Part shown: piece after piece, positions 10,836 to 23,054 of the stretch
Position numbering within the stretch: the first letter of the stretch is position 1
How the letters are laid out: each line of letters opens with the position of its first letter
NCBI RefSeq assembly: GCF_009834535.1
Contig: NC_045717.1
Coordinates: forward strand, 17,732,001-17,796,000
Direction: 5' to 3'
Source of the DNA: Camelus ferus
Lineage: Eukaryota
DNA: 64,000 nucleotides
Translations under genes and position numbers: made by a program
The notes under the pieces: generated by a model
The model's input: only the letters and a program-made list of their open reading frames with translations
What the model was told of the DNA's origin: nothing
The model's database searches: none

Positions 10836-11786
10836 TCAGGAGCTTAGAGGAGAGAATTTTCTGTGGAAATTTCTCTTTATGGCATTCTTCAGCTCCTTAT
10901 TCCTGAGGCTGAAAATGATTGGGCTGAGAAAGGGGGTGAAGACTGTATAGGTGGTGGCCATCAGAGTGTTACTGTCCATGGAACGGGGGCCCTTGGGCTT
11001 GAGGTAGATGATGGAGGCAAAACCGTAGTGCACAATCACTATGGTGAGGTGGGATACACATGTGGAGAAGGTCTTGTGCCGGCCCTCAGCTGAGGGGATC
11101 CTCAAGATAGCAGCCACGATGAAGACATAGGAGAGGACAATGAGGAATAAACACCCCAGTAGGGCTGTGACACAAACCAGGATGACACCCATGGTGACAG
11201 ATGATGTCTCCTTCCCACAGGCCAACTTCAAGAGGGCAAGCACATGACAACCAAAATGGTGGATCTCATTAGACCCACAGAAGGTGAGATGAAAAACTAT
11301 CAGTGTCAACATCATCCCCATGACTGAGCCACCAGCCCAGGACCAGGACACGAGACGGGCACAGTCACGTGTGCTCATGAGCACGTTGTAGTGCAGAGGG
11401 TGGCAGATGGCCACGTAGCGGTCATAGCCCATGATCATGAGCAGGAAGGAGTGGGTGTAGCCAAACGTGAAGGAGAAGAACATCTGGCTGGCACAGGCCA
11501 CGAAGGAGATGGAGCGGTGGGTGGAGAGCATGTCGACCAGCATTTGAGGGGTGACGGCAACAGTGAACAGAATCTCGGAGATGGAGAGGGCGCACAGGAA
11601 GAGGTACATGGGGGTGTGGAGGCTGTGCTCGCTCCAGATGGTGGCCATGATGAGCAGGTTGCCCAGGAGTGTGAACAGGTACATGAGCAGGTACAGCAGG
11701 AAGAAGGCAGGCAGGAGATGCTGAGGGAAGGTGGAGAAGCCGATGAGGATGAATTCAGACACTGTGCTATAGTTCTGACCAGACAA
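10836..11786 (-). CDS. OR10H4: Olfactory receptor OR10H3/OR10H4-like (copy 1), intact 316-codon frame beginning with TTG, no ATG at the canonical start
   Basis: (L)SGQNYSTVSEFILIGFSTFPQHLLP, MGYDRYVAICHPLHY, KTFSTCVSHL, SLRNKELKNAIKRNFHRKFSPLSS match human OR10H3/H4. The first codon is TTG (plus-strand caa at 11784-11786). Main exon probably starts at 11797. Confidence 0.88.
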   Translation of the reverse strand: MSGQNYSTVSEFILIGFSTFPQHLLPAFFLLYLLMYLFTLLGNLLIMATIWSEHSLHTPMYLFLCALSISEILFTVAVTPQMLVDMLSTHRSISFVACASQMFFSFTFGYTHSFLLMIMGYDRYVAICHPLHYNVLMSTRDCARLVSWSWAGGSVMGMMLTLIVFHLTFCGSNEIHHFGCHVLALLKLACGKETSSVTMGVILVCVTALLGCLFLIVLSYVFIVAAILRIPSAEGRHKTFSTCVSHLTIVIVHYGFASIIYLKPKGPRSMDSNTLMATTYTVFTPFLSPIIFSLRNKELKNAIKRNFHRKFSPLSS

Positions 11787-13189
11787 GGATGCTGCATCTG
11801 GTGAGATCAGGAACAGAATGAAGGCAGAGTGGTTAAAACAGAGGTTCTAACATAGATTAAACAGCAGTTGAAGAAGTCTATACTATATAACTATTTGCTT
11901 AACTTGTCTGAGTCAAAATCTTCATCAGTAAGATGGATTAAATCATAGCAGTTCCTACCATTCAGCATTGTGATAAAGATAAAGTGGATCAGTATATTAA
12001 GTGCTTAAAACATAATTTGACCACTGGTTTCTTATTAACAGTGTCAAAAATAAAGAAATGCTCCCATTTTTGAAACCACTAAAGATAGACATGCAAGATA
12101 AAGGTCACATGCTATTGAACAGTGTGCCTGTTCTAGAAAATGTATTTGGATCTTGGGGTTAAAAAATTCCTTCAGTGTCCTGTGTTTTAAGTGATTGTTG
12201 AACCCATTACATGTATTTTATTGGTAATCATTTATGTCATCTTATTTCATATTTGATTTATTTATAGTAAAGGAACTGAACAGAAAGTTTCAAAGTAAAA
12301 GGATGGACAAATATATGCTAGGCAAATATGTACAAAAGGAAGGCTGAAGCAGCAATCTTCAAAACAGAAAAAAATGAGATTGAAAAAAACAACAATTACA
12401 ATAACTGTATTGCCGTATTCCACTAAAAGGACCAGTGTTCCTGGAGAGATGGTCTGGGCAAGGAGCACGCCTTGTACATCTTGTGCCAGAGTGAAATAAA
12501 ACTTTCACTGTGAAAGGTTAATGTTAAAAGCATGCAGCAACCGGATTGAAAACGTGTCCATTGGCTTAAGCTGATCATCAAAGCAAATGATCGTTGTACG
12601 GATGATGGAGGAGAAAAGTAAATGACACCACAAGGAAGCAACCAGACAAATCCAAAGGTGGAACATTCCACAGAACAATTGGTTTAGTCTCAACAATGAG
12701 ACAACGTCATGAAAAGAATGACCAGAATTCCAAGCGACATAACAACCGGATGCAATATAGGGTACCAGATTGAATCTTGATTTAGATAAACCAGCTATAA
12801 AGTATTGTTAAAGGAATAGAGACAACATTGTTTATGATATGAATGAATGATGAGGCATGAATAATATTAAGGGGTTCTTATTTATTCAGTTATTAGTTTT
12901 ATGTGTGATCTTGTTATTTTGGCTGGGAAGGAAAATATTCTTAGTTTAAGTGCATCCCTGAAATGTACAAATCACACATGTACGTGTGCCAAGGGACAAA
13001 GAGGATTATTTCATACAGGTTAGAAGAACATCATAGTTTCCATCATAAATACGATTAATCAATGTAACAATATACTCTGGCATATTAAGTGACAAGTAAT
13101 CGGTACAATTCTAGTGAAAGAGATGTAAAATAAAAATAGTTAATGAATAATAGACAGAATTAAAAATTTAGCTAGAAATTTAAATACAT

Positions 13190-13990
13190 GCTATGGAAAA
13201 CAGTATGGAAATTCCTCAAAAAATTAAAAATAGAACTATCAGATGATCCAGCAATTCCACTTCTGGGTATATATTAAAAAGGAAACCAAATCACTGTGTG
13301 GAAGAGGTATCTGTATCCTTTGTTAATTGCAGCATTATGGACAATAGTCAAGAGATGAAAACAGCCTAAATGCCTATTGACAGATGAATGAAAAAAAGAA
13401 AATGTGACATATATATTGAACATATATAATGGAATGCTCCTTGGCCATAAGTAAGAAGGAGATCATGCATTTGCAATGACTCAGATTGGCCTTGATGGCA
13501 TCCTGCTAAGTGAAGTAAGTGAGACAAAGACTATATGATCTCACTTAAATGAAAAAAGTGACACGTGAAAAAACAAAAAGTGGATATGAAACAAACCAAC
13601 CAACCCAAAATCAAAAAAAGACATCATATTTGTTGGGGTGTGGATTGGAGGTTGGTAGGGGAACTGGATGAAGGTGTTCAAAAGGTACAGGCTTCCGGCT
13701 ATAAGAGAAGTAAGTCCTGGGCATGTGATGGACAACATGATGACTATAGTTAACGCTGCTGCATTGTAGATTTGAAAGCTGCTAAGAGAATAGATTCTAA
13801 GATTTCTCATCACAAGTAAAGACAACTTTTTTCTTTTTCTTTTTGATATCTATATGAGATAATGCATTAACTGAACTTACATTGGTAATCATTGTGCAAT
13901 ATATGTAAGTCAAGACATTATGCTGTACACCTTAAACTTACACAATGTTGTATGTCGGCTACATCTCAATAAAACCAAAAGGGAAAAAAC
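13190..13990 (+). mobile_element. L1MA-type 3' end, specific to unit 1
   Basis: ggaaaacagtatggaaattcctcaaaaaattaaaaatagaactatc...gcaattccacttctgggtata...cttaaacttacacaatgttgtatgtc...ctcaataaaacc. Confidence 0.8.
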
Positions 13991-13999
13991 GAACTTTAG

Positions 14000-15600
14000 T
14001 GGAGCTCAGAATTCAACTTATGTAATAGTAATTACTACAATGCAATTAATAATATTCAAACATTAACTGACAAATATTTTTAGACTCCTCAAACAACAGA
14101 AATATTTTTTAAGCACTCAGAAGACTCTCATAAAAACTGACCTGACATTAGATATAAAATAATCTTCCATCAATTCCAAAGTATAAATATTATATATATT
14201 ATAATGCACTAAAATTACAATTCAGTGGATAAGGAATAGCTTTTCAAACCCCACATATTTAAAAGCAAAATAATTTAGTAAATAAACTTTTCTTTCAATG
14301 GTTAATCATGAAATAAATTAAGAAATATTTCTAATTAAATAATTCAAGCATCTCATGTTAGAAGATCAGGCTAAAATAACATTGAAGGGAAATACACAAG
14401 TTTAAATATATTTATCAAGCAATTTTATCCAGAAAAAAATCATGCTTAAAAAAAGTTAAGATTAGGTTATCGAAAAAGATTAATAAGATAGAGAGAAATA
14501 AGGAGAAGATACCAATAACCAAATATGAAATTAAAATTGGGGAATAAATGCAACAATAATGGGTATTTGAAATTAATTTAAAAATAGTAAGAAAATACAT
14601 TGACAAATATGAAACTGTAGATGAAATGAATGAATTCTTAGAAGAATATAAAATTCCAAAACTGGCACAAGAAAAAATAGGGGTCCCAAATACACAAATA
14701 CGTTATTTTTTAATTGAAAGTTTTAGTTAAAGACCTTCCTTCTCTATAATCATCAGCCCCAGTGAGTTTGCAAGTGAGCTCTCCTAAACGTCTAAGGAAT
14801 AGCTGCTGAGTATCTTACACATGTTGTTCAACAAACAGAAAAATACATGAAGTTGCCCAGCTCATTTCATTAAATTGATGTAATCTTGATTCTAACACCA
14901 GGTAAGAATATTTGTAAGAAAAAAATAATTATGGGTTCGTTTGATCTACACATGCAGGTTTTAAAAATCTGTAATAAGACATAACCTAGTAAAATTCTAT
15001 GGTAATTAAAAACAGTGCATTGTGATCACGTAGTTTTGGTTTATCCCATGAATGACAAGGATGGTTTAGCATCAGAAAACCTGTCATGTGAATCCTTACA
15101 GGAACACACTAAAAAAGAAAAATCATATACGCATTTCCTCCAAGGTAGGAATAATTTTCTAAAATTCAACTCCTACTCATGATTTTCAAAAAAGCCTCTT
15201 TGTAACATGCCGGGAAGGCAACTTTCTTAGCTAGTTAAAGAGCATATACCACAAAACTGGCAAGTATTATACTAATTGGGAAACTAGATGCATTATTTTA
15301 GGATCAGGAACAAGCCAAGGATACTCACTGCCTCTGCTGTTCTTTAACACGGAACTGAAAGTCATGAGCAGTGCTAAGGAAAGAAAAAGAAAGAACATGT
15401 GTAAAGATTGGAAGGGAAGAGAAAATGATCATCCACCCAGAAAAGATAAAAGAATTAGACGAATAAACTACAACCATAAGAGAGCGTAAGGCTGCCGAAT
15501 GTAAGATCAACTTCTGAAAGTCACAGTATTTCTCATAGTATTGCACCAGTAATAATCATTCAGAGTATATAACTGGAGTTAAAATTAGGACCCCCAATAG
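14000..15600 (+). mobile_element. Highly degenerate old L1 ORF2 remnant (homologous about 19630-22000 and 28050-29880)
   Basis: AT-rich sequence with recognisable L1 ORF2 motifs (aaattcaactcctactcatgatt, ggaaggcaactttcttag, aggaacaagccaaggatactcactg). Confidence 0.55.
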
Positions 15601-15619
15601 CGACACAAACTATAAAGAG

Positions 15620-16085
15620 AGAGCTCTCATGCATTTTGGCCTCGGGATCCCATTACACGCAAACATTATTGAGGTCCCTAAAAGGTTTTTGTCTGGGTGG
15701 ATTGTAACTATCAATTTTTTACTATATTAGAAATTAAAACTGAGAATCTTTGAAAATATTCAGTCATTAGTACATTTAAAAGAACAATAATAAACCTAGT
15801 ATACGTTAATATAAGCAACATTTTTAGTAAAGTAACTACATTTTCAAAAAAACCTTTATTGAGAAGAGTGGCTTCATTTTTCATTTTTGCAAATACGTCT
15901 AATGTAAAGACAACACGATGCTCATGTCTGCTTCTTCACTCAGTCTGTGGCTACATGTTGTAGTTGACGTGGATGATGAAAAATATCCTCATATGTAATT
16001 GGAAGAGTAAGGACCTCGTGGACACCCCAGAAAAGGTCCCAGGGACCCCCAAGTGTCCTCATATCACACTTTGAAAACCCCTGTT
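15620..16085. mobile_element. Charlie1-family hAT DNA transposon remnant (copies about 21835-22295 and 29890-30370)
   Basis: ttttggcctcgggatccc...tattagaaattaaaactgagaa...gagaagagtggc...cacactttgaaaaccc, resembling Charlie1 termini. Confidence 0.65.
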
Positions 16086-16328
16086 ATAAAATACCTGAGA
16101 ACTAACTAGAAGCATAAATACCTTCAGAGACCCTGGTCTGAGAACAACTGACATAGAAGCAGCAAAGGGCACCTACGCTGGGTGAACCCAGAGACCCAGA
16201 AGGGAAAACTAAAAAGACCCCGACAGCATTGAAGGTTGAGATCTTCTCTTACTACCCTTCTCCCCAGCCCTGACCCCATTCCCAGGCTGGGCAGCACTAC
16301 CCACAGCTGCAGGATTCTTCCTTCCTAC

Positions 16329-16371
16329 CCTCTCCCTCCTGGTCCCCCTCACCCTGGCCTGGCTCTTCCAT
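16329..16371 (-). CDS. Candidate upstream coding mini-exon for OR10H4-like copy 1 (MEEPGQGEGDQEGE plus phase-1 G)
   Basis: ATG GAA GAG ... GAG G|GTAGGA. The 43 nt give phase 1, matching the acceptor ctcaccag|AT GCA GCA TCC TTG at 11797. Conserved in four copies. Splicing is inferred, not observed. Confidence 0.5.
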
Positions 16372-17020
16372 GAAGTGGCCAGCAGAGGAGAGCAGAAGAA
16401 ACGCTCCTGCTTGATGCTGTCAGCAGTACCCACAGGTGGGTGTGGGGTGAAACCTCCTAAAACAGATACAGTCTGCTTTATCCCTGCTGTATCCTTCCCT
16501 GCTGGCTGCTCCCAAGGGCATCTTCAAGATGCTAACCTAAAAGATCCGTCCTCAGGGTCTAGAGAAGCTGGGAAGGACCTCAAGGGGCTTTCAGGGACCT
16601 GCTGCCTCTAAACCCTCCCCCAGCTATCCACACAGAAAAAGACTGTTGCTGTCGCTCTTCGCCCAGAGAGACTCAAGCCCATGCTGAGGGCTGCAGAGCT
16701 CCCAGTTACTGGAGAGACTGAGTTGGACACAGATGCCCTCATCACCTTGGGGTCAAGGCAGGGTCAGAGGGAAGGTGAGAGCTGGAGGGGTCCCAAGTGG
16801 GAACTGAGGGCTCTTCCCTGGGTTGAGAGCAGCTGGAGGACTTCCCAGACAAGGATAATTTGGAGCTGGGTCTTAGAGACTGGTTTCTTTTGGGCAATAT
16901 AAGTGTTCAGTGTCTTCTGGCCAATTGGATAGCCTCACCTCTATTCCCAATCAAATTCTACCCTAACTCCCATGGTCCTGGTGATCCAGCCAGACAGTCT
17001 GACATGCACACATGCCTCCC

Positions 17021-17145
17021 TGTGGTATATAATAAAACATAAGTATTTGGTCTTTTGGTATTGCCCTTGGTTCCTGACTCCCTGATAAGAGGGCCTTTTG
17101 TAGGCTAATGAGATGACTGGTGGCTGTGAGTTTATCCTTATAAAA
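17021..17145 (+). mobile_element. Truncated MER21-type LTR at the unit1/unit2 junction (second copy 24835-24969)
   Basis: tgtg...tatttggtcttttggt...ggttcctgac...gctaatgagatgactggtggct matches the 5' part of the longer LTR at 34442. Confidence 0.65.
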
Positions 17146-18209
17146 TATCTCTGCCTCCAGCTCAATTATTTGGCCTCAACTTTGAGTTAGCAATTTACAC
17201 TCCACAGAGGACCCACGTCCTGGATCCTCACTCATATATTCCAAAAACCAGCATAGGAGTCAGACAGACATAAAGGTCCATGGGACTCCATTTATTCACA
17301 TGTTATGTGACCTCCACCTACATTTCCCATCTGCATAATGAAGGTACCCATAGGTAGGTAACCTCTGATCTCTCTCTGTGCCATCTTGAAACAGCACTCT
17401 GCCCTTCAACACACTCCCCAAATTAGTGCAGCTTTAACACAGTAATGAGAAATTGATGTTTCATTGAAAGTTATATGTGGGAAAAGGGGAAAAGATTTCC
17501 ATAAGATGTGAGATAACAACACCCTTTAATATGTCTATGTTCTTACCTAAGCACTGGTCCCTCTTCCTTCTCCCAGTCCCTCATCTCTCTTGGTGTCTCT
17601 CTTTCTCTCCTTCAAATCACTCTTTCTGTTTCTCTTTTATTTCCCCTCCCTTATCTTCCTTTCTACTTCTTCTTTCTCATATCTCATATGCAAACAACCT
17701 TATAATTAGCAAATGATTTCCTTGGAGACAGATAGCTTATTACTTTTTACATTTGTTATAACTAAAAGGATAATTATAAAACACTGGACACAATGCTTGA
17801 TATGTAGAAAATTCTCAATTCTTGGTGGGTTTTATTATAATTTTATGTCATTTTAATCTTATATTGGTGAGGGGAGGGGAAAATGAAGTCTTCTCTTGCT
17901 TCTCCATTCAGAAAGAACCATGGGCATCAAGGCCAAAACTCATTCACATGATGCTCCTACCTGCCCATAGATAAAGTAAATTCTAGAGCATAGATAATAA
18001 GATGGAGTTCATCACACTGGGTCATACGTGAGAGATCATGATGGCAAAGGGGTGGCAAACAAACTGAGGAAAAACAAATAGCTAGTATGCATCAAACTCC
18101 TATGAAGTGTAGGTATTTTAACACAACTGAAGCCTTACCATAGTTCTATGGAGACAAATGTTATTATCTCCAGCCCTTCTATCATATTTCTCCACCATCA
18201 AACTGGCCA

Positions 18210-19160
18210 TTAGTAGCTTAGGGGACAGAATGTTCTGTAGAAGCTTCTCTTTATGGAATTCTTCAGCTCCTTATTCCTGAGGCTGAAAATGATTGGGCTA
18301 AGAAAGGGGGTGAAGACTGTATAGGTGGTGGCCATCAGAGTGTTACTGTCCATGGAACGGGGGCCCTTGGGCTTGAGGTAGATGATGGAGGCAAAACCAT
18401 AGTGCACAATCACTATGGTGAGGTGGGATACACATGTGGAGAAGGTCTTGTGCCGGCCCTCAGCTGAGGGGATCCTCAAGATGGCGGCCACGATGAAGAC
18501 ATAGGAGAGGACGATGAGGAATAAACACCCCAGTAGGGCTGTGACACAAACCAGGATCACACTCATGGTGACAGATGATGTCTCCTTCCCACAGGCCAAC
18601 TTCAAGAGGGCAAGCACATGACAGGCAAAATGGTGGATCTCATTAGACCCACAGAAGGTGAGATGAAAAACTGTCAATGTCAACATCATTCCCACGACTG
18701 AGCCACCAGCCCAGGACCAGGACACAAGACGAGCACAACCACCAGGGCTCATGAGCATGTTGTAGCGCAGAGGGTGGCAGATGGCCACGTAGCGGTCATA
18801 GCCCATGATCATGAGCAGGAAGGAGTGGGTGAAACCAAACGTGAAGGAGAAGAACATCTGGCTGGCACAGGCAGTGAAGGAGATGGAGTGGTGGATGGAG
18901 AGCATGTCGACCAGCATTCGAGGGGTGACGGCAACAGTGAACAGAATCTCGGAGATGGAGAGGGCGCACAGGAAGAGGTACATGGGGGTGTGGAGGCTGT
19001 GCTCGCTCCAGATGGTGGCCATGATGAGCAGGTTGCCCAGGAGTGTGAACAGGTACATGAGCAGGTACAGCAGGAAGAAGGCAGGCAGGAGATGCTGAGG
19101 GAAGGTGGAGAAGCCGATGAGGATGAATTCAGACACTGTGCTATAGTTCTGACCAGACAA
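18210..19160 (-). CDS. OR10H4: Olfactory receptor OR10H3/OR10H4-like (copy 2), intact 316-codon frame beginning with TTG
   Basis: Same motifs as copy 1 (MGYDRYVAICHPLRY, KTFSTCVSHL, SLRNKEL). TTG at 19160-19158. Acceptor ctcaccag| before 19171. Confidence 0.88.
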   Translation of the reverse strand: MSGQNYSTVSEFILIGFSTFPQHLLPAFFLLYLLMYLFTLLGNLLIMATIWSEHSLHTPMYLFLCALSISEILFTVAVTPRMLVDMLSIHHSISFTACASQMFFSFTFGFTHSFLLMIMGYDRYVAICHPLRYNMLMSPGGCARLVSWSWAGGSVVGMMLTLTVFHLTFCGSNEIHHFACHVLALLKLACGKETSSVTMSVILVCVTALLGCLFLIVLSYVFIVAAILRIPSAEGRHKTFSTCVSHLTIVIVHYGFASIIYLKPKGPRSMDSNTLMATTYTVFTPFLSPIIFSLRNKELKNSIKRSFYRTFCPLSY

Positions 19161-19459
19161 GGATGCTGCATCTGGTGAGATCAGAAATAGGATGAAGTCA
19201 CTGCAGTTAAATCAGAGGCTCTAACATAGATTAAATGGCAATTAAAGACCTCCATACTATATAACTATTTGCTTAACTTGTCTGAGTCTCACAATCTTCA
19301 TCAGTGAGATGGAATAAATGATAATACTTCTTACCAGAATAAGCATATGAAATCTGCTCACTTCATTTCATTAGCTTAATGCAATCTTGATTTTAAACCA
19401 GGTAAATTGTTAATAAGAAAAGAAAATTACGGGCCCACCATTTCATCTGTCCGTGCAGA

Positions 19460-19615
19460 TTTTTTTTTAACATTTTTTTTATTGAGTTATAGTCATTTTA
19501 CAATGTTGTGTCAAATTCCAGTGTAGAGCACAATTTTTCAGTTATACATGACATACATATATTCATTGTCACATTTTTTTTCGCTGTGAGCTAACACAAG
19601 ATCTTGTATATATTT
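19460..19615 (-). mobile_element. Short 3' end of a young lineage-specific L1, with approximate TSD tcc(a/g)tgcagattttt
   Basis: Poly-T, then tattgagttatagtcattttacaatgttgtgtcaaattccagtgtagagcac. The flanks repeat tccgtgcagat / tccatgcagat. Confidence 0.7.
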
Positions 19616-20003
19616 CTCACTATCCATGCAGATTTTTAAAGTCATAAGAAGACATAACCTAGTAAAACCCAATGGTTTTTCAAAAATGGTATATTATAAG
19701 CAAGTGGCTTTTGTTTCTCTCATAAATGACATGGATGGTTCAGCATCAGAAAACCTATCGTGACTCATCAAGTGAATACACTAAAACAGAGAAACCATAT
19801 AATTATTTCAATTAAGGCAAGAATATAATTTTTAAAATTCACGTCCTATTTATGATTTTAGAAATTGGTGCGCAATATTATTTTAGTTTTATACCTGCAA
19901 CATAATGATATGATAGATGTACAACTATTACGCTTTCTAAAAAAAACTCTTTGCAACATGTTACGGAAGGGGACTTTCTTAACTAAGTGAAGAATATATA
20001 CTA

Positions 20004-21454
20004 TTGATTATGGCACAAAAACAGACACATAGATCAATGGAACAGAACAGAGAGTGCAGAAATAAACCCATGCACCTATATTCAAATAATCTACTACAAA
20101 AGAAGCAAGAATATACAATGGAGAAAAGACAATCTCTTCAACAAGTGGTGCTGGGAAAACTGGACAGCTGCATGTAAAAAATGAGATTAGTACATTTCCT
20201 CACAATATATTCAAAAATAAACTCCAGATGGATTAAAGAGTTAAATGTAAGACCTAAAACCATGAAACTCCTAGAAGAAAGCACAGGCAGAACAGTCCGA
20301 CATAAATTGTAGCAATATTTTTTTGGATCTGCCTCCTAAAGCAAAAGAAATAAACACAGAAATAAATGGAATCTAATTAATCTTAAAATCATTTACATAG
20401 AGAAGGAAACCATCAACAAAACAAAAAAAGAACCTATGGAATGGGAGAAAATGTTTGCAAAGATTATGACCAACAAGGAGTTAATATCCAAAATATATAA
20501 ACAGCTCATAGAACTCGATTTCAGAAAACAATCTATCAAAAATGTGCAGAAGACAAGAATAGACATTTTTCCAAAGAAGACATACAAATGGCTAACAGGA
20601 ACATGAAAAGATGCTCAACACTGTTAATTATTAGAGAAATGCAAATCAGTAACAACAGTGAGACACCACCTCATACCTGTCAGAATGGCTATCATCAAAA
20701 AGTCTATAAANNNNNNNNNNNNNNNNNNNNNNNNNNNNNNNNNNNNNNNNNNNNNNNNNNNNNNNNNNNNNNNNNNNNNNNNNNNNNNNNNNNNNNNNNN
20801 NNNNNNNNNNNNNNNNNNNNNNNNNNNNNNNNNNNNNNNNNNNNNNNNNNNNNNNNNNNNNNGGTACTTATTTGGTAGAAATGAAAACACTAATTTGAAA
20901 AGATACATGCACCTCAGTGATCATAGCAGTACTATTTACAATAATCAAGATTTGAAAGCAACCCAAGTGCCCATCAGCAGAAGGATGATTGGCTTAAGAA
21001 GATGTGGTATATATAGTATTCAGCCATAAAAAAGAATAAAAATTCTTCAATTTGCAGCAACGTGGACGGACCTAGAGAATATTATGCTAGTGAAATAGAC
21101 AAAGATAAATACTGTATGATATCACGCATATGTGGAATCTGTAAAACAGTGCAAACGAGTGTATATGCAAAACAGAAACAGACTCACAATATAGAAAACA
21201 ACTAGCAGTTACCAAAGGGAAGGAAGATAGGGAACAGGAAAATTCAGGGTATGGGATTAAGAGATACAAACTACTATGTATAAAATAGATGAGCAGCAAA
21301 GATGTATTGTATAGCACAGGGAGTTACAGCTACTATCTTGTAATAACCTTGAATGGAGTATAATTTGTAAAAATACTGAATCACTATGCTGTACACCAGA
21401 AACTAATATAATATTGTAAATCAACCATACTTCAGTTTTAAAAAACCTTAAAAA
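20004..21454 (+). mobile_element. 5'-truncated L1 (ORF2 C-terminus plus 3'UTR) inserted in unit 2 with about 14-bp TSD; contains a 152-N gap (20711-20862)
   Basis: [12 protein letters not shown]-type ORF2 segment through the A-rich tail. Flanked by aagaatatatacta / aagaatatgtgcta. The empty site aaagaatatatactacaaaac is present in unit 3 (about 29491). Confidence 0.85.
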
Positions 21455-23054
21455 AGAATATGTGCTACAAAACTAGCAGGTAGCTTACTAATGGGGAACT
21501 TTTGATGCATTATTTTAGGATCAAGACTCCAAGGTTACTTACTGTCTAGGCTGTTCTTTAAAACTGAACTGAAAGCCATGAGCAGTGCTCTAAGGAAAGG
21601 AAAAGAGAAGGTATATAAGGTTGGAAGGGAAGAAACATGGTCACGTACCTAGAGAGGGTGAAAGAATCAAGATGTAATATGTTAGAACAAAAAGAAGCAC
21701 AAAGCTGCGGAAGGCAAACCGACTTCCCCAAAACATAGTATTTCTCATGGTATTACACCAGCAATTATCTCTCAAAACATAGAACTGAAGTTAAGCAGGC
21801 GAAGACTCTTAAGAGTGACACAGACTATGAAGTAAAAGCCCTCAACCATTTGCTCTTAGGATCCTCTTACAATAAAACACTGAGTTCCCAAAGGGCTTTT
21901 GTTTGACGGGGGTCAGAACTATCAATCTTTCCCATTTTAGAAATCGAACCTGAGAATCTTTTAAAGGATTTGTATTAGTGTATCTAAAAGAACAACAATG
22001 AATCTATTACATTTTAATATAGTGACATTTTAAGGAAAGTAATCACATTTTCAAATAATAAGTAGTGATAATAGTGGTCCTGTTCTACATTTTCGCAAGT
22101 ACGTTCCTCGTCTGGCCTGGTGGTAGACAACTTAATGCTGTGTCTGATTCTTTGTCAGTCCGTGGCAGTATGTCGTTTTACTTAACGCATGTGACAAAAA
22201 TATATCCTCACGTGTACTGCCAAGGTAGGGACCTGGTGGACCCTCAGAAATGGTCTCAGGGAATCCCAGGGGTCCTCATATTATATTTTGAAAACCTTTG
22301 TTATAAAATATCTAGGATTCAACAACAAACATGTAATACCTCCAAAGACAAAAATGTTAGCCAATGATAAAAATGTAGAGGATGATCTGAATACATGTGG
22401 AAACTGTTTACTTTCCTGGATGGGATGATCTAATATGATAATGGTGTCACTTCTTCCCCCAAATTATACCATCAGTACAATTGCATTTAGGACTCCAGTG
22501 AGTGGACTGTAAATTTAGTAACTGTCCTAAATTTCCTCTGAAAAAAAGTCAGTGCACAATGATACTCATCTTATCATTATTATTGTGAGCAGGACAGATT
22601 TGTCTTCCCAGGGATTATGGCACATTCTAGAGTCATAGTCATTTTTAAAAATGTGAACCAGGAACAGACATACACATCCATTAAACTGACTGGATATCTC
22701 CGAAAATATCCCATTATTATTCATAATGTAATATATGATAAAGGTGGCAGCACAAATAAAGGAAAAGACGCATTGTTTCCCAGTTTGTGGTAGGAAAACT
22801 GTTCATTTTATGAAGCAAAGTAAATCCGAATTTCTGCCAAAGACCACATGCAAAGGTGGAATCCAGATGGATTCAAGACATAAATGTGAAACAAAGTATA
22901 AAGTTAACAGGAGAAAGTGAAAGAGAATTACTTTGTGGATCTTAGTAGTGGAGAAGGACTTCCTAAACCAAACTTCTAAAGCATAAACGTTAAGCTGATT
23001 TTTAAAAGACATGAAAACGTCAACGTTAAGAATTTCTGTTCCTGCTAACTACTA

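Noticed and set aside
11391-11804. Antisense and alternative-frame ORFs over the OR genes (MQRVADGH..., MQHPCLVRT..., MERAQRK... and similar), repeated in each paralogue
   Set aside because: Shadow ORFs of GC3-rich OR coding sequence. They recur only because the ORs are duplicated, and they have no independent protein signal.
20393-21029. ORFs in L1 sequence as possible active retrotransposon genes
   Set aside because: 5'-truncated, frameshifted ORF2 fragments. There is no full-length L1 in the window.
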